The notes under the pieces were generated by a model. It did no database searches. It was given only the letters and a program-made list of their open reading frames with translations, and was not told where the DNA came from. Positions 9,828 to 19,509 of a DNA stretch of 64,000 nt are shown here, piece by piece (position 1 is the stretch's first letter; the number at the start of each line of letters is the position of its first letter). Position numbers and translations under genes: made by a program. Source of the stretch: a phage; the sequence record PZ583739.1. One strand, written 5' to 3'.

Positions 9828-10711
9828 TTCATTTTCCTATTAACATAATAATTTGACCAGGACCGGATTGCACCCTGATAGTTTTCATCATTAAACCCAT
9901 GTTCAATGGCGTGTTTTCTAAACTTAATATACCCTGGTTGGCCTAAAGCATTCCACAATGCTTTAAGTTCATCTTCATACTGTAACCAGGTTCCTCTTGC
10001 TTTAGATTTCCTAAATTTTTCTTTAAATTCAGGGTTGGCATTTCGTTCGGTTGCTCGTTTTGAAGCCTTTATTCTATTATCTGAATTATTCCAATATTCA
10101 GTAATTGATTTTAAATATTTTTCATATACTTCAGATGTATTCATTATAGCTTTGAATTTTAAAGCATACTCAACATCTTTATAACGATTTTTGACTTCAA
10201 CAGACCTTGCTTGTCGAGCTTCGTCAGTCCAATATTCTTTTTGGAAGTCTTTAATTGCTTGAATGTGCTTATCTGAAATTGAACAATCTTTACGAACACC
10301 AACATAATCAGATGTAAGTTCAGATGGATGTAATTTAACAACTTTACCCGTTTTCAAGTTTCGGTATGGAGCATATCCAGGAGCATCATAGCGGCTTTTG
10401 TCGTGTGCATACGTTTTATTAAAGTATTTCTCATTGGTTACAGCTTTAACTGACATTTGAAAAATATTTTCTATTTTCCTTGGGTCCTGTTTTGTTTCCC
10501 CAATGATAGTAACAATATAGTCACCGCTATCAATTAATTCATTATACAGCGTAGTATATTTTGAATTCGGAGAACCTGTATAAATTTTATTATTTTTATC
10601 GAGAATATTTTGGCCATTAAATGTCGTATCAACCTTTGAACCAATATAATAACAAGGGAATTCATTATTTTGTTCCCTTGTTATAAAGGTTATTTTATAA
10701 ATCAAATTCAC
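9824..10711 (-). CDS. GIY-YIG family homing endonuclease (Seg-like), free-standing
   Basis: N-terminus LIYKITFITREQNNEFPCYYIGSK fits the GIY-(10-11 aa)-YIG motif; inserted between 45 and rpbA; basic C-terminal half. Confidence 0.7.
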   Translation of the reverse strand: MNLIYKITFITREQNNEFPCYYIGSKVDTTFNGQNILDKNNKIYTGSPNSKYTTLYNELIDSGDYIVTIIGETKQDPRKIENIFQMSVKAVTNEKYFNKTYAHDKSRYDAPGYAPYRNLKTGKVVKLHPSELTSDYVGVRKDCSISDKHIQAIKDFQKEYWTDEARQARSVEVKNRYKDVEYALKFKAIMNTSEVYEKYLKSITEYWNNSDNRIKASKRATERNANPEFKEKFRKSKARGTWLQYEDELKALWNALGQPGYIKFRKHAIEHGFNDENYQGAIRSWSNYYVNRKMK

Positions 10712-11139
10712 GCAACAACTGCCATTTGTTTGCGGATAGCTTCCGGAAGAGATTCAATATACTCTGGAAGTTGCGCAGCAATAATAGAACCAGCTTGGAC
10801 CAGGTGGTCGTCGAAGTCAACACAGTAATCATCTTCGAGACGTTCGGAACCGTCACGGTCGATAACCAGTTTAGCACCAGCAGCCAGTGAATCGTTGTAG
10901 TGATTACGCATCAGTTCAATCCACTTATCAGATACATCAGTATCAATCACACCGTACAGCATGAATTTAATTTCTTGCGGCAGAGACTGCAGACGGGCAG
11001 CAGATGCTTCATCACATGCCAGGACCCAGGATTTGCGGATGCGGTTTTGGTTGTGTGGGTTAGCGTCGGTGCGGATGGTTTTAACTTGGATATCTTTAGC
11101 AGTTACGTTGTTCATAATATTCTCTCTATTCATTATCAA
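10708..11139 (-). CDS. rpbA: RpbA-like RNA polymerase-binding protein
   Basis: Position between 45 and 46; segment TIRTDANPHNQNRIRKSWVLACD...LQSLPQEIKFMLYGVIDTDVSDKWIELMRNHYNDS recalled from T4 RpbA; true start uncertain. Confidence 0.65.
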   Translation of the reverse strand: MIMNRENIMNNVTAKDIQVKTIRTDANPHNQNRIRKSWVLACDEASAARLQSLPQEIKFMLYGVIDTDVSDKWIELMRNHYNDSLAAGAKLVIDRDGSERLEDDYCVDFDDHLVQAGSIIAAQLPEYIESLPEAIRKQMAVVA

Positions 11140-11331
11140 TTAATCAAAGTATTCATATGCAAACCAGGCATTGTGTCTGTTCGCGATTATTTTAACATAT
11201 TCTTCACCGAAAGCGTTTTGTAAGTCACGTTCAGTAACAAGGTGTTCATCTTTCGAAAAGGTATTAACTAACACATACCGTTTAATTTCAGGGACAGCCA
11301 GTAAATGCTGCCCGGTTAAGAAGTCAGCCAT
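11140..11331 (-). CDS. Hypothetical protein, 63 aa
   Basis: Trimmed to ATG at 11331 with RBS AGAGG; the ORF-track extension overlaps gene 46. Confidence 0.4.
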   Translation of the reverse strand: MADFLTGQHLLAVPEIKRYVLVNTFSKDEHLVTERDLQNAFGEEYVKIIANRHNAWFAYEYFD

Positions 11332-11365
11332 AATAGCCTCTATTATAACATCCTTGTTTAAAGCA

Positions 11366-13048
11366 TTATTCCATAACAGTGAATCGACCAACTTTTTTCA
11401 TCTGGAGATGTTGCCCGTATGCTTCCGGGTCATGGTCTCGGTGACTGATAATAAAGATGTTGGTGTCTTCCAATTTGTTCAGGATGGTAGCAATTGCTTT
11501 AACACCCTCTACATCAGTGGCCGAGTCAAAAACTTCATCCAGAATTAAGGTGTTAATATTAACACCAGATACTTTCGCAGCAATATCACGCCATGTAAAC
11601 AGCAATGCAATATCGATACGAGCTTTTTCACCCTGGCTAAATGATGCATAGCTGAAGTCTTCACGTCCACGAGATTTAATCGTTTCGTTGAACTCTTCGT
11701 CTAACGTAAAACTATAATCAGCTTCCATAACTTTAAGGTAAGCGTTTATCTGCTTATTAAAGATAGGAATATATTTCTTAATAATCGCACCTTTGATACC
11801 GGAATCTTTCAACATATCCGTTAGGATACCACGTTGATATTTTTCCATCACAAGGTCAGATTTCTGTTTGACTATTTTATCAAGCTGGTCTTGAAGCATT
11901 TTAATGTCTGCTGCATGGTCGATGAATTCTGACTTAGCTTGCTCGATTAATGCTTTAACCTTTTTAGCTTTTTCGACAGTCTGGACTAAGGTTTGTTTCT
12001 TAGTTTGAATGTCTTGAGCTATTGTACGTTGTTTTTGTCTTGCAGCAGAATACACATCAAATTGCTCCTGAACAGCATTCTGACGAGCTTTATGCTTATC
12101 AGCTGATGCATTACATTCTTCAATCTTTGACTCAATCCTGGCGACAATAGGGTCTCCTGGATGCAACTGACTGGCACAAGTCTGACAACAACCACCTTTC
12201 TCGTACAGACCAACAACCTTTCGGTAATCGTCTATCTTCGACTTAATCAGAAATGATTCCTGCTTTAACTTCGTGAGTTCATGCTCAGGGTCTTCTCCCA
12301 AGATTATCTCGGTCAGTCTTGTTGTTGCTTCTTCGATAGTTGTCTTGATTCCACGTGCTTCTGTGGCAAGTTCATCATACATCGTTTGCAGCCGCAACAG
12401 ATTATCACCTGATAATTTTCTTTGACGGTCTTCGTTGTCCTGATAGATTTTAATCTGTTGAACAATCCCGTCATGCTGCACATCCATCACCTGGATTTGA
12501 CTATTGACTTCGCGGATAAGAGATTTGTTCAGCTTATCCATATCGGCCAGTACAGAAACCTCTAAAAGGTCTTCGACAAGTTTTCTTCTTGCAGGAGTGG
12601 ATAGGCCCATAAAAGGGGTATATCCAGCTGTGCCGAGTACGACAATCTGTTTGAAGCTTGCATAGGACATTCCGATGAGCTGTTCAAATTCCGCTTGGAA
12701 GTCTTTACTGCTGGCAGATTCATCAAGACGTTTACCGCCACAAGAGATTTCAAAAACATTGGGTTTTTGCCCGCGTTTGATATAGTATTCTTTTCCATCA
12801 TATTCCATCCACAATTCAACGAGCATATCTTTTTTGTTGCTCGAGTTAATCAACTGGCCTTTCTTTACATCACGGAAAGGCTTACCGAACATAGCAAAGG
12901 TAACCGCTTCAAGGAACGTAGATTTACCCGCACCATTCTTGCCGGTGACCAGAGTTTTTTGGACTTTATCCAGTTCAACAGTAATCGGTTGAGCACCAAC
13001 CGACATAATATTTTTATAGATAACTTTCTTAAGCTTAAAAGTCTTCAC
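11366..13048 (-). CDS. 46: Recombination endonuclease subunit gp46 (Rad50/SbcC-like ATPase)
   Basis: 560 aa; Walker A GKNGAGKST, central coiled coil with CxxC zinc hook, signature/Walker B near C-terminus. Confidence 0.95.
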   Translation of the reverse strand: MKTFKLKKVIYKNIMSVGAQPITVELDKVQKTLVTGKNGAGKSTFLEAVTFAMFGKPFRDVKKGQLINSSNKKDMLVELWMEYDGKEYYIKRGQKPNVFEISCGGKRLDESASSKDFQAEFEQLIGMSYASFKQIVVLGTAGYTPFMGLSTPARRKLVEDLLEVSVLADMDKLNKSLIREVNSQIQVMDVQHDGIVQQIKIYQDNEDRQRKLSGDNLLRLQTMYDELATEARGIKTTIEEATTRLTEIILGEDPEHELTKLKQESFLIKSKIDDYRKVVGLYEKGGCCQTCASQLHPGDPIVARIESKIEECNASADKHKARQNAVQEQFDVYSAARQKQRTIAQDIQTKKQTLVQTVEKAKKVKALIEQAKSEFIDHAADIKMLQDQLDKIVKQKSDLVMEKYQRGILTDMLKDSGIKGAIIKKYIPIFNKQINAYLKVMEADYSFTLDEEFNETIKSRGREDFSYASFSQGEKARIDIALLFTWRDIAAKVSGVNINTLILDEVFDSATDVEGVKAIATILNKLEDTNIFIISHRDHDPEAYGQHLQMKKVGRFTVME

Positions 13049-13254
13049 AAAAGATTCCTTTTAATGTATCTTTTAGACCATTCTATCATATCATCATAAT
13101 CTAAAAAGCATTCATCAAATTCAGCCATGCAAACCACTCCCTGCGCCGTTTTTGATGTGATATAAATTATTCCGACATATCTAGAATCTTCTTCGGTATA
13201 ATCAATATTTGCTACAAATTCATCATCAAGATTAAATTCAAAAGTCTTCATCAT
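13045..13254 (-). CDS. Hypothetical protein, ~69 aa
   Basis: Small ORF between 47 and 46, overlapping stops/starts typical of T4 operons. Confidence 0.4.
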   Translation of the reverse strand: MMKTFEFNLDDEFVANIDYTEEDSRYVGIIYITSKTAQGVVCMAEFDECFLDYDDMIEWSKRYIKRNLL

Positions 13255-13501
13255 AATAAGCATCCTTGATGCATGATTCAGCCATATGAATTAATGTCTC
13301 TGGAGTATCATCTTCCATTACATTAAAGCTAAATTCCACGGCCCAATCGGTGACTACATAGACTTTGATAAGTTGACCAGTTTCCCGGTCAGTGATAGCT
13401 TCAAACCAATACTTAATAGTATTCGGTTGATTATCGTCGTCAACCACAGCACATTCGCGGATATGTTCAAGACCCGCTTCATTAAAATCATAAAGTCTCA
13501 C
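13238..13501 (-). CDS. Hypothetical protein, 87 aa
   Basis: Small acidic ORF between 47 and 46. Confidence 0.4.
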   Translation of the reverse strand: MRLYDFNEAGLEHIRECAVVDDDNQPNTIKYWFEAITDRETGQLIKVYVVTDWAVEFSFNVMEDDTPETLIHMAESCIKDAYYDEDF

Positions 13502-14517
13502 GGTTGCACCTCAAGGTATAATTTGTTGGCCAATGCTTTGAGAGCTTTTGATTCTTTCTCATTGGCGTCAGGTAATGCATCGATATATTCTGCCATCATA
13601 TCTGTTAAGCGTTTTATGTCTAACTCTTCATCAGAGTCTGATGTGTCAACACTGTTATCAACCTTATTGACAACACGCAATTCATGCACACGCTTTTCTA
13701 ATTCAGATTCGAACTTGGTCAGGTCTTTATCGACTTTTTCTACAATAACACGGACTGATAAGTCTTTGAAGTCGTCGTAGTTAATAGTTTCGTTTGGATA
13801 GAAAATCTTCCGATGCCAGGTGGTTTCATTCGGAATAAATTTCATCTCTTTGGTTTCGGTATCAAATTCCCAGAACCCGCGTGGGTCGTTCTCGTCACCT
13901 GCTGTTAATGTCCATGGTGTCCCGATGTACTTAACGTTTGCAGCTTCTGAAATTGTGTGGAAGTGACCAGACCAAACTTGCTTGTACTTCTTAAGGAAAT
14001 CAGGCTCAAGTCCGTGGGATTTCAATCCTTTATAGAAATAAAACCCGGTTAATTCCCAGTGACCGATGCAATATTCAGCCCCAGAAGTTTTGATATGTTG
14101 GTGAATGTCAGTTGCGTTCTCGTCACACATCCATGGAATCATATCAATCTGACAACCGTCAAAATCAACAGTCGTTGGCTTATCGTAGATTTTAACATGG
14201 TCATACTTATTCAGGAGTTCAGTGATAGCATTAGGATGAATCTTATTCTTCAGATTCATGTCATGGTTCCCGACTATCGTGTGCATAGTAATTCCTGCTT
14301 CACGAAGGAGTTCCATAATCTCACGGCTGAATTCCATCGTCTTATGCGTTACGGCCTTACGGACGTCAAAAATATCCCCATATTGAATCCAGACTTTAAT
14401 CCCATTCGCTTTGGAATATGCAATCGCCTGTAAAATACCATCGCGTTGAATGTTTTGAGCCCATGGGTCGTCAGCTTTGACACCTAAGTGCCAATCACCT
14501 AAATTTAAAATTTTCAT
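13498..14517 (-). CDS. 47: Recombination nuclease gp47 (Mre11/SbcD-like phosphoesterase)
   Basis: Start trimmed to MKILNLGDWHLG; motifs GDWH, GDIFD, GNHD, GHFH; collinear with T4 gp47. Confidence 0.94.
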   Translation of the reverse strand: MKILNLGDWHLGVKADDPWAQNIQRDGILQAIAYSKANGIKVWIQYGDIFDVRKAVTHKTMEFSREIMELLREAGITMHTIVGNHDMNLKNKIHPNAITELLNKYDHVKIYDKPTTVDFDGCQIDMIPWMCDENATDIHQHIKTSGAEYCIGHWELTGFYFYKGLKSHGLEPDFLKKYKQVWSGHFHTISEAANVKYIGTPWTLTAGDENDPRGFWEFDTETKEMKFIPNETTWHRKIFYPNETINYDDFKDLSVRVIVEKVDKDLTKFESELEKRVHELRVVNKVDNSVDTSDSDEELDIKRLTDMMAEYIDALPDANEKESKALKALANKLYLEVQP

Positions 14518-14657
14518 AAGCCAAGCACCGTTATCGCAATGCAAAATAAAATTACTGAAATGAACCCGTCAGGAGTAGAAAAGAATCCTATCCAACAAGC
14601 TCTTGTGAATGTGTAGAATGCCATGAATAACACGACATATCCTAAAAATAATTCCAT
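14514..14657 (-). CDS. Small hydrophobic protein, 47 aa
   Basis: Hand translation MELFLGYVVLFMAFYTFTRACWIGFFSTPDGFISVILFCIAITVLGL; RBS GGAGAG; stop overlaps gene 47 start; below ORF-track size cutoff. Confidence 0.3.
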   Translation of the reverse strand: MELFLGYVVLFMAFYTFTRACWIGFFSTPDGFISVILFCIAITVLGL

Positions 14658-14700
14658 ATACTCTCCTCAGTTGGTTCATTTTATCATCCCGAATATAAAG

Positions 14701-14724
14701 CAAAAAAGGAAGCGCTAGGCTTCC
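14701..14724 (-). terminator. Rho-independent terminator
   Basis: Minus-strand hairpin GGAAGCcuagcGCUUCC followed by UUUUUU. Confidence 0.55.
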
Positions 14725-14946
14725 TTTCCAATTAATACACCATACAGAGGTTCATGAGAAGACCTGAACTTGATAGGCTTATAGGTAATAGTACCTTCAT
14801 TTTCTGCTTTAATGCGAGCGGCTTCAAATTGAAGTATCATCTCATTTTTGTCAGATTTAATCTTATCAAAATCCGTCGAATTCGTCATTCATATAGCCTC
14901 TTAAAAATCCGGGTGTTCGTCTTTCATTAGCCACCTGTCCATGTTA

Positions 14947-15147
14947 TCATCGTTGCCACCATTTCTTAAGTTGATGAGAATCGACCCAAACCTTGGCTAC
15001 AGGCTCAATCTTAAAAATACCATCAGAATATTGGCCCATCATTTTGTATTCGGTTTCGGTCTGCTTGATACAGATATTACCATATGAGCGAAGTCTGAAA
15101 GCGGCTCCAACAAGAAGCCGTTTAAAAGGTTTATTTACTAATGCCAT
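14947..15147 (-). CDS. Hypothetical protein, 66 aa
   Basis: ORF in 47-55 interval (where T4 carries alpha-gt). Confidence 0.35.
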   Translation of the reverse strand: MALVNKPFKRLLVGAAFRLRSYGNICIKQTETEYKMMGQYSDGIFKIEPVAKVWVDSHQLKKWWQR

Positions 15148-15442
15148 TTACGATTTCCCAAATTTGTTTGCGAGTAGAATCCCACATCAACTTAATCAGG
15201 TCTTCCGTAACGGGTTGGCGGTAAATCCCACGCAGTTTAACTAAAGCGTATTTGTATGCTTCAAAATTGTTTTCCAGCACTGCGCCTTGAGCATGCTTAT
15301 TCAGTCGTGCAATTTCACGAGCATTCTTTTTCAGAATCTTTGCCGCTTGACTCTGTGCTTCGAGTGCGTTCGCTTCTTCGAGACGTTCCTGTGCTTCTTC
15401 AATCTGCTTATCGGTCAGTTGAGAAATATCTGGAGCTTGCAT
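15131..15442 (-). CDS. Hypothetical protein, 103 aa
   Basis: ORF in 47-55 interval; helical, no motif recognised. Confidence 0.4.
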   Translation of the reverse strand: MQAPDISQLTDKQIEEAQERLEEANALEAQSQAAKILKKNAREIARLNKHAQGAVLENNFEAYKYALVKLRGIYRQPVTEDLIKLMWDSTRKQIWEIVNGISK

Positions 15443-15443
15443 A

Positions 15444-15677
15444 TTAATCCTTGGGAGTTAACTCAATTGTAAAATATAGATTAGCATTATCCACATGATA
15501 ACGGTAATCAACGTTATTATCCGGCGAAGTAAATTCCAGATTCCGGACGTTTAAAGGGTCGATATCAATTGGAAGACCTTTTATGTCTCGCAGATAAAGT
15601 TTAATGAAATATGGGAGCGCAGTAAAGTCTTCCTCGATTTTATCTAAAAAATCGGTAATATCAAATTGATGTTCCAT
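15444..15677 (-). CDS. Hypothetical protein, ~77 aa
   Basis: ORF immediately upstream of gene 55; start trimmed to first ATG. Confidence 0.35.
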   Translation of the reverse strand: MEHQFDITDFLDKIEEDFTALPYFIKLYLRDIKGLPIDIDPLNVRNLEFTSPDNNVDYRYHVDNANLYFTIELTPKD

Positions 15678-16218
15678 ATAAAAAATCCAAATCACCTTCT
15701 TTATCTTTGGCGCTCTTATCAGACCCTGGCGCTTTAACTAAAGAGGATTCGTACTGTGTCATTTTGTCATAGATGTCCTGGATAAATGTTTCATCAGCCA
15801 GAGCCACCATATCGTCGTCACGTGAATCATACACGTTATGAACGAAGTAGCTATATTTCTTTGCCATTTCTTTACGTTCTTTTTTGATACGCTGAACGAA
15901 AGCATTGAAGCAAGCCATTGTTATGTAAGCATGTGGATTATCGTATTTTGTTTCGTCGAAGTTATGAAGACCTTTTATTGCGGCCTCAATTCCGTCTGCA
16001 ATCATTTCTTGCTTCCAGGATTGGGTATATCCGGAGAAGTTGAAACGTTTGCTAAGACCTTCGGCTATAAGCATAATTGCCAGACCAATAACATCGTTCT
16101 GGCGAATAATTTTATTCGGGTCGGTGTTCGCATTCAGCTTCTGTTTCCACTCCGAAATAGCTTTCAGAAGCTCTTTATTATTTACATAGTTATTCTTGGT
16201 TAATTTAATTTCGTTCAT
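15661..16218 (-). CDS. 55: Late-transcription sigma factor gp55
   Basis: 185 aa; [16 protein letters not shown]...[35 protein letters not shown]..., near-identical to T4 gp55. Confidence 0.96.
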   Translation of the reverse strand: MNEIKLTKNNYVNNKELLKAISEWKQKLNANTDPNKIIRQNDVIGLAIMLIAEGLSKRFNFSGYTQSWKQEMIADGIEAAIKGLHNFDETKYDNPHAYITMACFNAFVQRIKKERKEMAKKYSYFVHNVYDSRDDDMVALADETFIQDIYDKMTQYESSLVKAPGSDKSAKDKEGDLDFLYGTSI

Positions 16219-16241
16219 ATCGCCTCGCTTAGTATATGAAT

Positions 16242-16270
16242 ATTATATCATCCTTAATACAAAGCATTAG
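16242..16270 (-). promoter_or_regulatory. Candidate middle promoter upstream of gene 55
   Basis: Minus strand: TGCTTTGTA (MotA-box-like), 13 nt, TGaTATAAT. Confidence 0.3.
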
Positions 16271-16533
16271 CGAAGTAAACAGTAAGCCTGAAAGACCTTC
16301 TCCATAATTGCCTTAAATTCATGAATGTCAATATAAGGGATAACCTCGGCATCACTAATGAATTCCATCAGACGGTCATGCTCGTTGCGGTATTGTCCTT
16401 CATTCAACATGCCGATATGGGACTCCCAAGAGCCATACCCTTCTGCGTGTGGGAAGAATGTTATTTTCATGAATTCATCCACCCAAAACGTTCCCAGGTC
16501 CTGGATGGATATCATTGTATGATTGATGTGCAT
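16267..16533 (-). CDS. Hypothetical protein, 88 aa
   Basis: ORF in 55-nrdG interval. Confidence 0.35.
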   Translation of the reverse strand: MHINHTMISIQDLGTFWVDEFMKITFFPHAEGYGSWESHIGMLNEGQYRNEHDRLMEFISDAEVIPYIDIHEFKAIMEKVFQAYCLLR

Positions 16534-16799
16534 CAGTACACCAATTGAGCAGCTTCTAAAACATCATCAAGCTTATCAAACTGGTCAATATAATCAATCC
16601 CACCAACTTCATCTTTAGCATACAACCAATATTGGTGAAATTCGTATTCAATAATAAAGTGGTCACCCTCAATCTGGAGAACCCCATCACCATTAAATTG
16701 AACTGCATAACCCGTAAAGCGAACATCATTCAGGAGTTCTTCTTTCATAGTAATCATTTCCAAGTTTTTATCGTAATTAGAGAGTTTTATTTTAATCAT
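16533..16799 (-). CDS. Hypothetical protein, 88 aa
   Basis: ORF in 55-nrdG interval. Confidence 0.35.
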   Translation of the reverse strand: MIKIKLSNYDKNLEMITMKEELLNDVRFTGYAVQFNGDGVLQIEGDHFIIEYEFHQYWLYAKDEVGGIDYIDQFDKLDDVLEAAQLVY

Positions 16800-17055
16800 T
16801 TAAGTAGTCCAGGAATTCGTCTAATGTCATGCCTTCCGCCCAAGCTTCCCAAGCATCGATTTTAGTGTACTTGGTTTTAGTACACATAGGATAGATTCTG
16901 AATTCATATCCCATTGAAATGAAATAATTTAAAGTCCTTTGTAAATAGTAACCTTGACTAATTTTATGAGCGCGGCGAATTCCATTAGCATACGTATGTT
17001 TGTATGATACTATTACCGCAACACCTTCAGGTAATTCAATAGCAGGACACATCAT
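16792..17055 (-). CDS. Hypothetical protein, 87 aa
   Basis: ORF in 55-nrdG interval. Confidence 0.35.
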   Translation of the reverse strand: MMCPAIELPEGVAVIVSYKHTYANGIRRAHKISQGYYLQRTLNYFISMGYEFRIYPMCTKTKYTKIDAWEAWAEGMTLDEFLDYLND

Positions 17056-17402
17056 TTCGCGCCCTTAATAATTTTCAGGTCAACAAAACCTTTCTTACGT
17101 TGGGAGTTCATGCGCTTGATGGCTTTGTCAGAAACTTCTTTGTTTTCGCGTGGAAGCGGCAGACCAAACGCTACTACATCAAATTCATTCAGGATATACT
17201 GAACAAGGCTTTCACGAATACGCGCTTTACCCATTGTCTGACCTTCTGCAATAATCAACTTCTGTACATCGCCTTCCCACTGGTCCAGAATCTCAGGGGT
17301 AACGAAACCAGATTTCATCAGAGTGTTAACTTTAGCAAATGCGAAATTAGCGATGGTGTTAGTGATAGATGCAGTCATGATATATTCCTCAGTCTCATTC
17401 AA
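17052..17402 (-). CDS. Hypothetical protein, 116 aa
   Basis: ORF in 55-nrdG interval. Confidence 0.4.
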   Translation of the reverse strand: MNETEEYIMTASITNTIANFAFAKVNTLMKSGFVTPEILDQWEGDVQKLIIAEGQTMGKARIRESLVQYILNEFDVVAFGLPLPRENKEVSDKAIKRMNSQRKKGFVDLKIIKGAK

Positions 17403-17450
17403 TTAAAATTTTATTATCCTGGGGTCATTATACCATGACCCCGCTGGTTT

Positions 17451-17648
17451 TTACTGCGCTTTTGCGCCTTTCCAACCTTCATACATCATCGCGGCGGAAA
17501 TTAATATTGCTCCTGCACATTTTGAATAATAGAGATTCCAAAACCAGTTCAGAAAAACTTCATCATCAATACCTTGAGCTATCATATTTTCAAAGAACTG
17601 ACGACGAGATTCAGCAATTCGCTGTGATAATTTAGATTCAGGATTCAT
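17451..17648 (-). CDS. Hypothetical protein, 65 aa
   Basis: ORF in 55-nrdG interval. Confidence 0.3.
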   Translation of the reverse strand: MNPESKLSQRIAESRRQFFENMIAQGIDDEVFLNWFWNLYYSKCAGAILISAAMMYEGWKGAKAQ

Positions 17649-17780
17649 TTAAATTTTCCAGTTACCGTTTTCATCAATAAATTCAATCCAGTCATTTACT
17701 GACCACTTAGTTGTATCGCCTTTTGGAGCAGAATTTAAAGTGTATAATCCTTGTTTAAAAAGCATTCGTTTGATATTCAT
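17649..17780 (-). CDS. Hypothetical protein, 43 aa
   Basis: ATG at 17780 preceded by RBS GAGGAAAAC; the longer ORF-track version overlaps the upstream gene. Confidence 0.3.
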   Translation of the reverse strand: MNIKRMLFKQGLYTLNSAPKGDTTKWSVNDWIEFIDENGNWKI

Positions 17781-17787
17781 GTTTTCC

Positions 17788-18081
17788 TCAGCTGTAACGA
17801 TAACACTCGTTTGATTTACGTTTTGCAACACGATGAGAAGTATTATAATCCAAATCATCCTCAACGTATACATCTTTTTTCAACTGACGAACTTCTTTAC
17901 GCAGTTGACGATTCATCTCATTCTTGACTTCTGAATCAACGCCACGCATACGCTTCCATTTGTCTGAACGGAAGATATTTTCTTCAACTTGTTCCTGACT
18001 TACACCATCAGGCGCCTGACGACGCCCTGAATAATAAAAATCTTTTACAGACAATTCTTTGCGACGAATAGTTTTACCCAT
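17788..18081 (-). CDS. Hypothetical basic protein, 97 aa
   Basis: Lys/Arg-rich ORF in 55-nrdG interval. Confidence 0.4.
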   Translation of the reverse strand: MGKTIRRKELSVKDFYYSGRRQAPDGVSQEQVEENIFRSDKWKRMRGVDSEVKNEMNRQLRKEVRQLKKDVYVEDDLDYNTSHRVAKRKSNECYRYS

Positions 18082-18083
18082 AG

Positions 18084-18338
18084 TTACCTCAGCAGTTTGT
18101 ATCCAATAAGATTTTTAATGTACTGGATATCTTTGACATCCAAATCCAACTTAAGGTCTTTCAGACGGTCACCCAGGGTCAAAAAGGTTACATGTTTCCA
18201 ATTCTTCACTGGGCAACAATAAGTCTTAGGACCATTTGCAATTTCAATATTCTTATCAGTGACGGTGAGAAAAATCAGGCGCTCATCATCCAGATTAAGG
18301 GTAATGATATTTTTCATTGAGTGTAATTTCAGGCTCAT
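18084..18338 (-). CDS. Hypothetical protein, 84 aa
   Basis: ORF in 55-nrdG interval. Confidence 0.35.
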   Translation of the reverse strand: MSLKLHSMKNIITLNLDDERLIFLTVTDKNIEIANGPKTYCCPVKNWKHVTFLTLGDRLKDLKLDLDVKDIQYIKNLIGYKLLR

Positions 18339-18517
18339 TTTTTACCTTCCTTTGCCACTGCACAAAATACACCACGGTCACATACCATCAAGGGTGCATC
18401 AGGCCAACCCAAAATGCGATACCATACATCCAGACTTGATAATTGAGTTACTTGGACCACATGGCCATTTACCGAATAATACTGGTTAACTTTAATTTCT
18501 TTACCGTTAATAGTCAT
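18335..18517 (-). CDS. Hypothetical protein, 60 aa
   Basis: ORF directly downstream of early promoter at 18549-18577. Confidence 0.35.
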   Translation of the reverse strand: MTINGKEIKVNQYYSVNGHVVQVTQLSSLDVWYRILGWPDAPLMVCDRGVFCAVAKEGKK

Positions 18518-18548
18518 TATGTTTTCCTCATCAGTGGTTGATGGGATA

Positions 18549-18577
18549 ATGATACATCATTCAAAGGAGCTTGTACA
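18549..18577 (-). promoter_or_regulatory. T4-type early promoter
   Basis: Minus strand: GTGTACA, 17 nt, TATCAT, followed by TATCCC; A-tract upstream of -35. Confidence 0.45.
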
Positions 18578-18585
18578 CCCCTTTT

Positions 18586-18903
18586 TTAATCTTCAATTAA
18601 GTCCTGGTCATACCCCAGGGATATCAGTTTTGTTTTAAAGGCAGGAATATTGGTCATTTTTTCATCATTGACAAAAATCACCGGGTAACGAATGTTAAGG
18701 GTAGGATATCCAGCACGCTTAGCAAGAGACACGATTAAAGGCCTGTCATAAGCGATTTCAGAGCCTTGTTTGTTAAGGACTGAATAGAATGTATAAGGAA
18801 GGTTTAAGGAGCCCAGAAGGCTCCTGACGTGCATACAACCGGGGCATCGACCGACTTCTTCGGGGATACCATAGATTTCAATCTTAGTCGAGTTTTGGCC
18901 CAC
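18586..18903 (-). CDS. Glutaredoxin/thioredoxin-like protein (NrdH-like)
   Basis: 105 aa; CPGC redox motif near N-terminus; position upstream of nrdG/nrdD. Confidence 0.5.
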   Translation of the reverse strand: MGQNSTKIEIYGIPEEVGRCPGCMHVRSLLGSLNLPYTFYSVLNKQGSEIAYDRPLIVSLAKRAGYPTLNIRYPVIFVNDEKMTNIPAFKTKLISLGYDQDLIED

Positions 18904-19183
18904 AGGAAATCACTCCTTGGTAGTTCCAGGTTTTAATAACTTCTTCATCGCTGGCAGTTGCGTACGGGACATAAACCTGTACCAGGAAACCCGTGTCATC
19001 GAAAGAGAAATAAACCGTCGGTTTGATTCCATGAATCTCTGATAGAGCATAGATGTCTTTAAGGTCTTCTTCCTTACCGACAAAGAATTCCGGGTTCAGG
19101 TCGCAGTCATGGAAGTACCATTCATCACCGAACTTGTCCCATGCGGTCCAATTAGTAGTTACATATTCTTCAAAACGTTTCAT
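18884..19183 (-). CDS. Hypothetical protein, 99 aa
   Basis: ORF upstream of nrdG. Confidence 0.4.
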   Translation of the reverse strand: MKRFEEYVTTNWTAWDKFGDEWYFHDCDLNPEFFVGKEEDLKDIYALSEIHGIKPTVYFSFDDTGFLVQVYVPYATASDEEVIKTWNYQGVISCGPKLD

Positions 19184-19419
19184 TCTTTCACCTTCATCAT
19201 TTTTGCAATGGTACTATGGATAGCCTGGATTCGTTTGTTGAATTCAGAGCTTTCGAGGCCAGGATTGGTGCTTAACCAACCGATGATAACAAACAGCAAA
19301 CCAAACGGGATAGCCAGAATAAGCAGACAAACGATGAACAACACAAGCGTTATGTTTGCCAGAATATCTGCTGCAGCATTTCTAAATTTATCCATATTTA
19401 CCCTTAATTGATTAACCAA
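19180..19419 (-). CDS. Small membrane protein, 79 aa
   Basis: One long hydrophobic helix (LVLFIVCLLILAIPFGLLFVIIGWL). Confidence 0.4.
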   Translation of the reverse strand: MVNQLRVNMDKFRNAAADILANITLVLFIVCLLILAIPFGLLFVIIGWLSTNPGLESSEFNKRIQAIHSTIAKMMKVKE

Positions 19420-19509
19420 GCATTGATAAGCACTAAACTATACTGCGAATAAAATTCTGGACCAAAATGAAAAATCATATCATTTATAGTACCCATAATG
19501 TAATTCAAT

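Noticed and set aside
17427-17455. Possible early promoter with -10 TATAAT inside the hairpin GGGGTCATtataccATGACCCC
   Set aside because: The -35 region does not match the GTGTACA/GTTTAC pattern of the other promoters and lies within a coding ORF; left unannotated.
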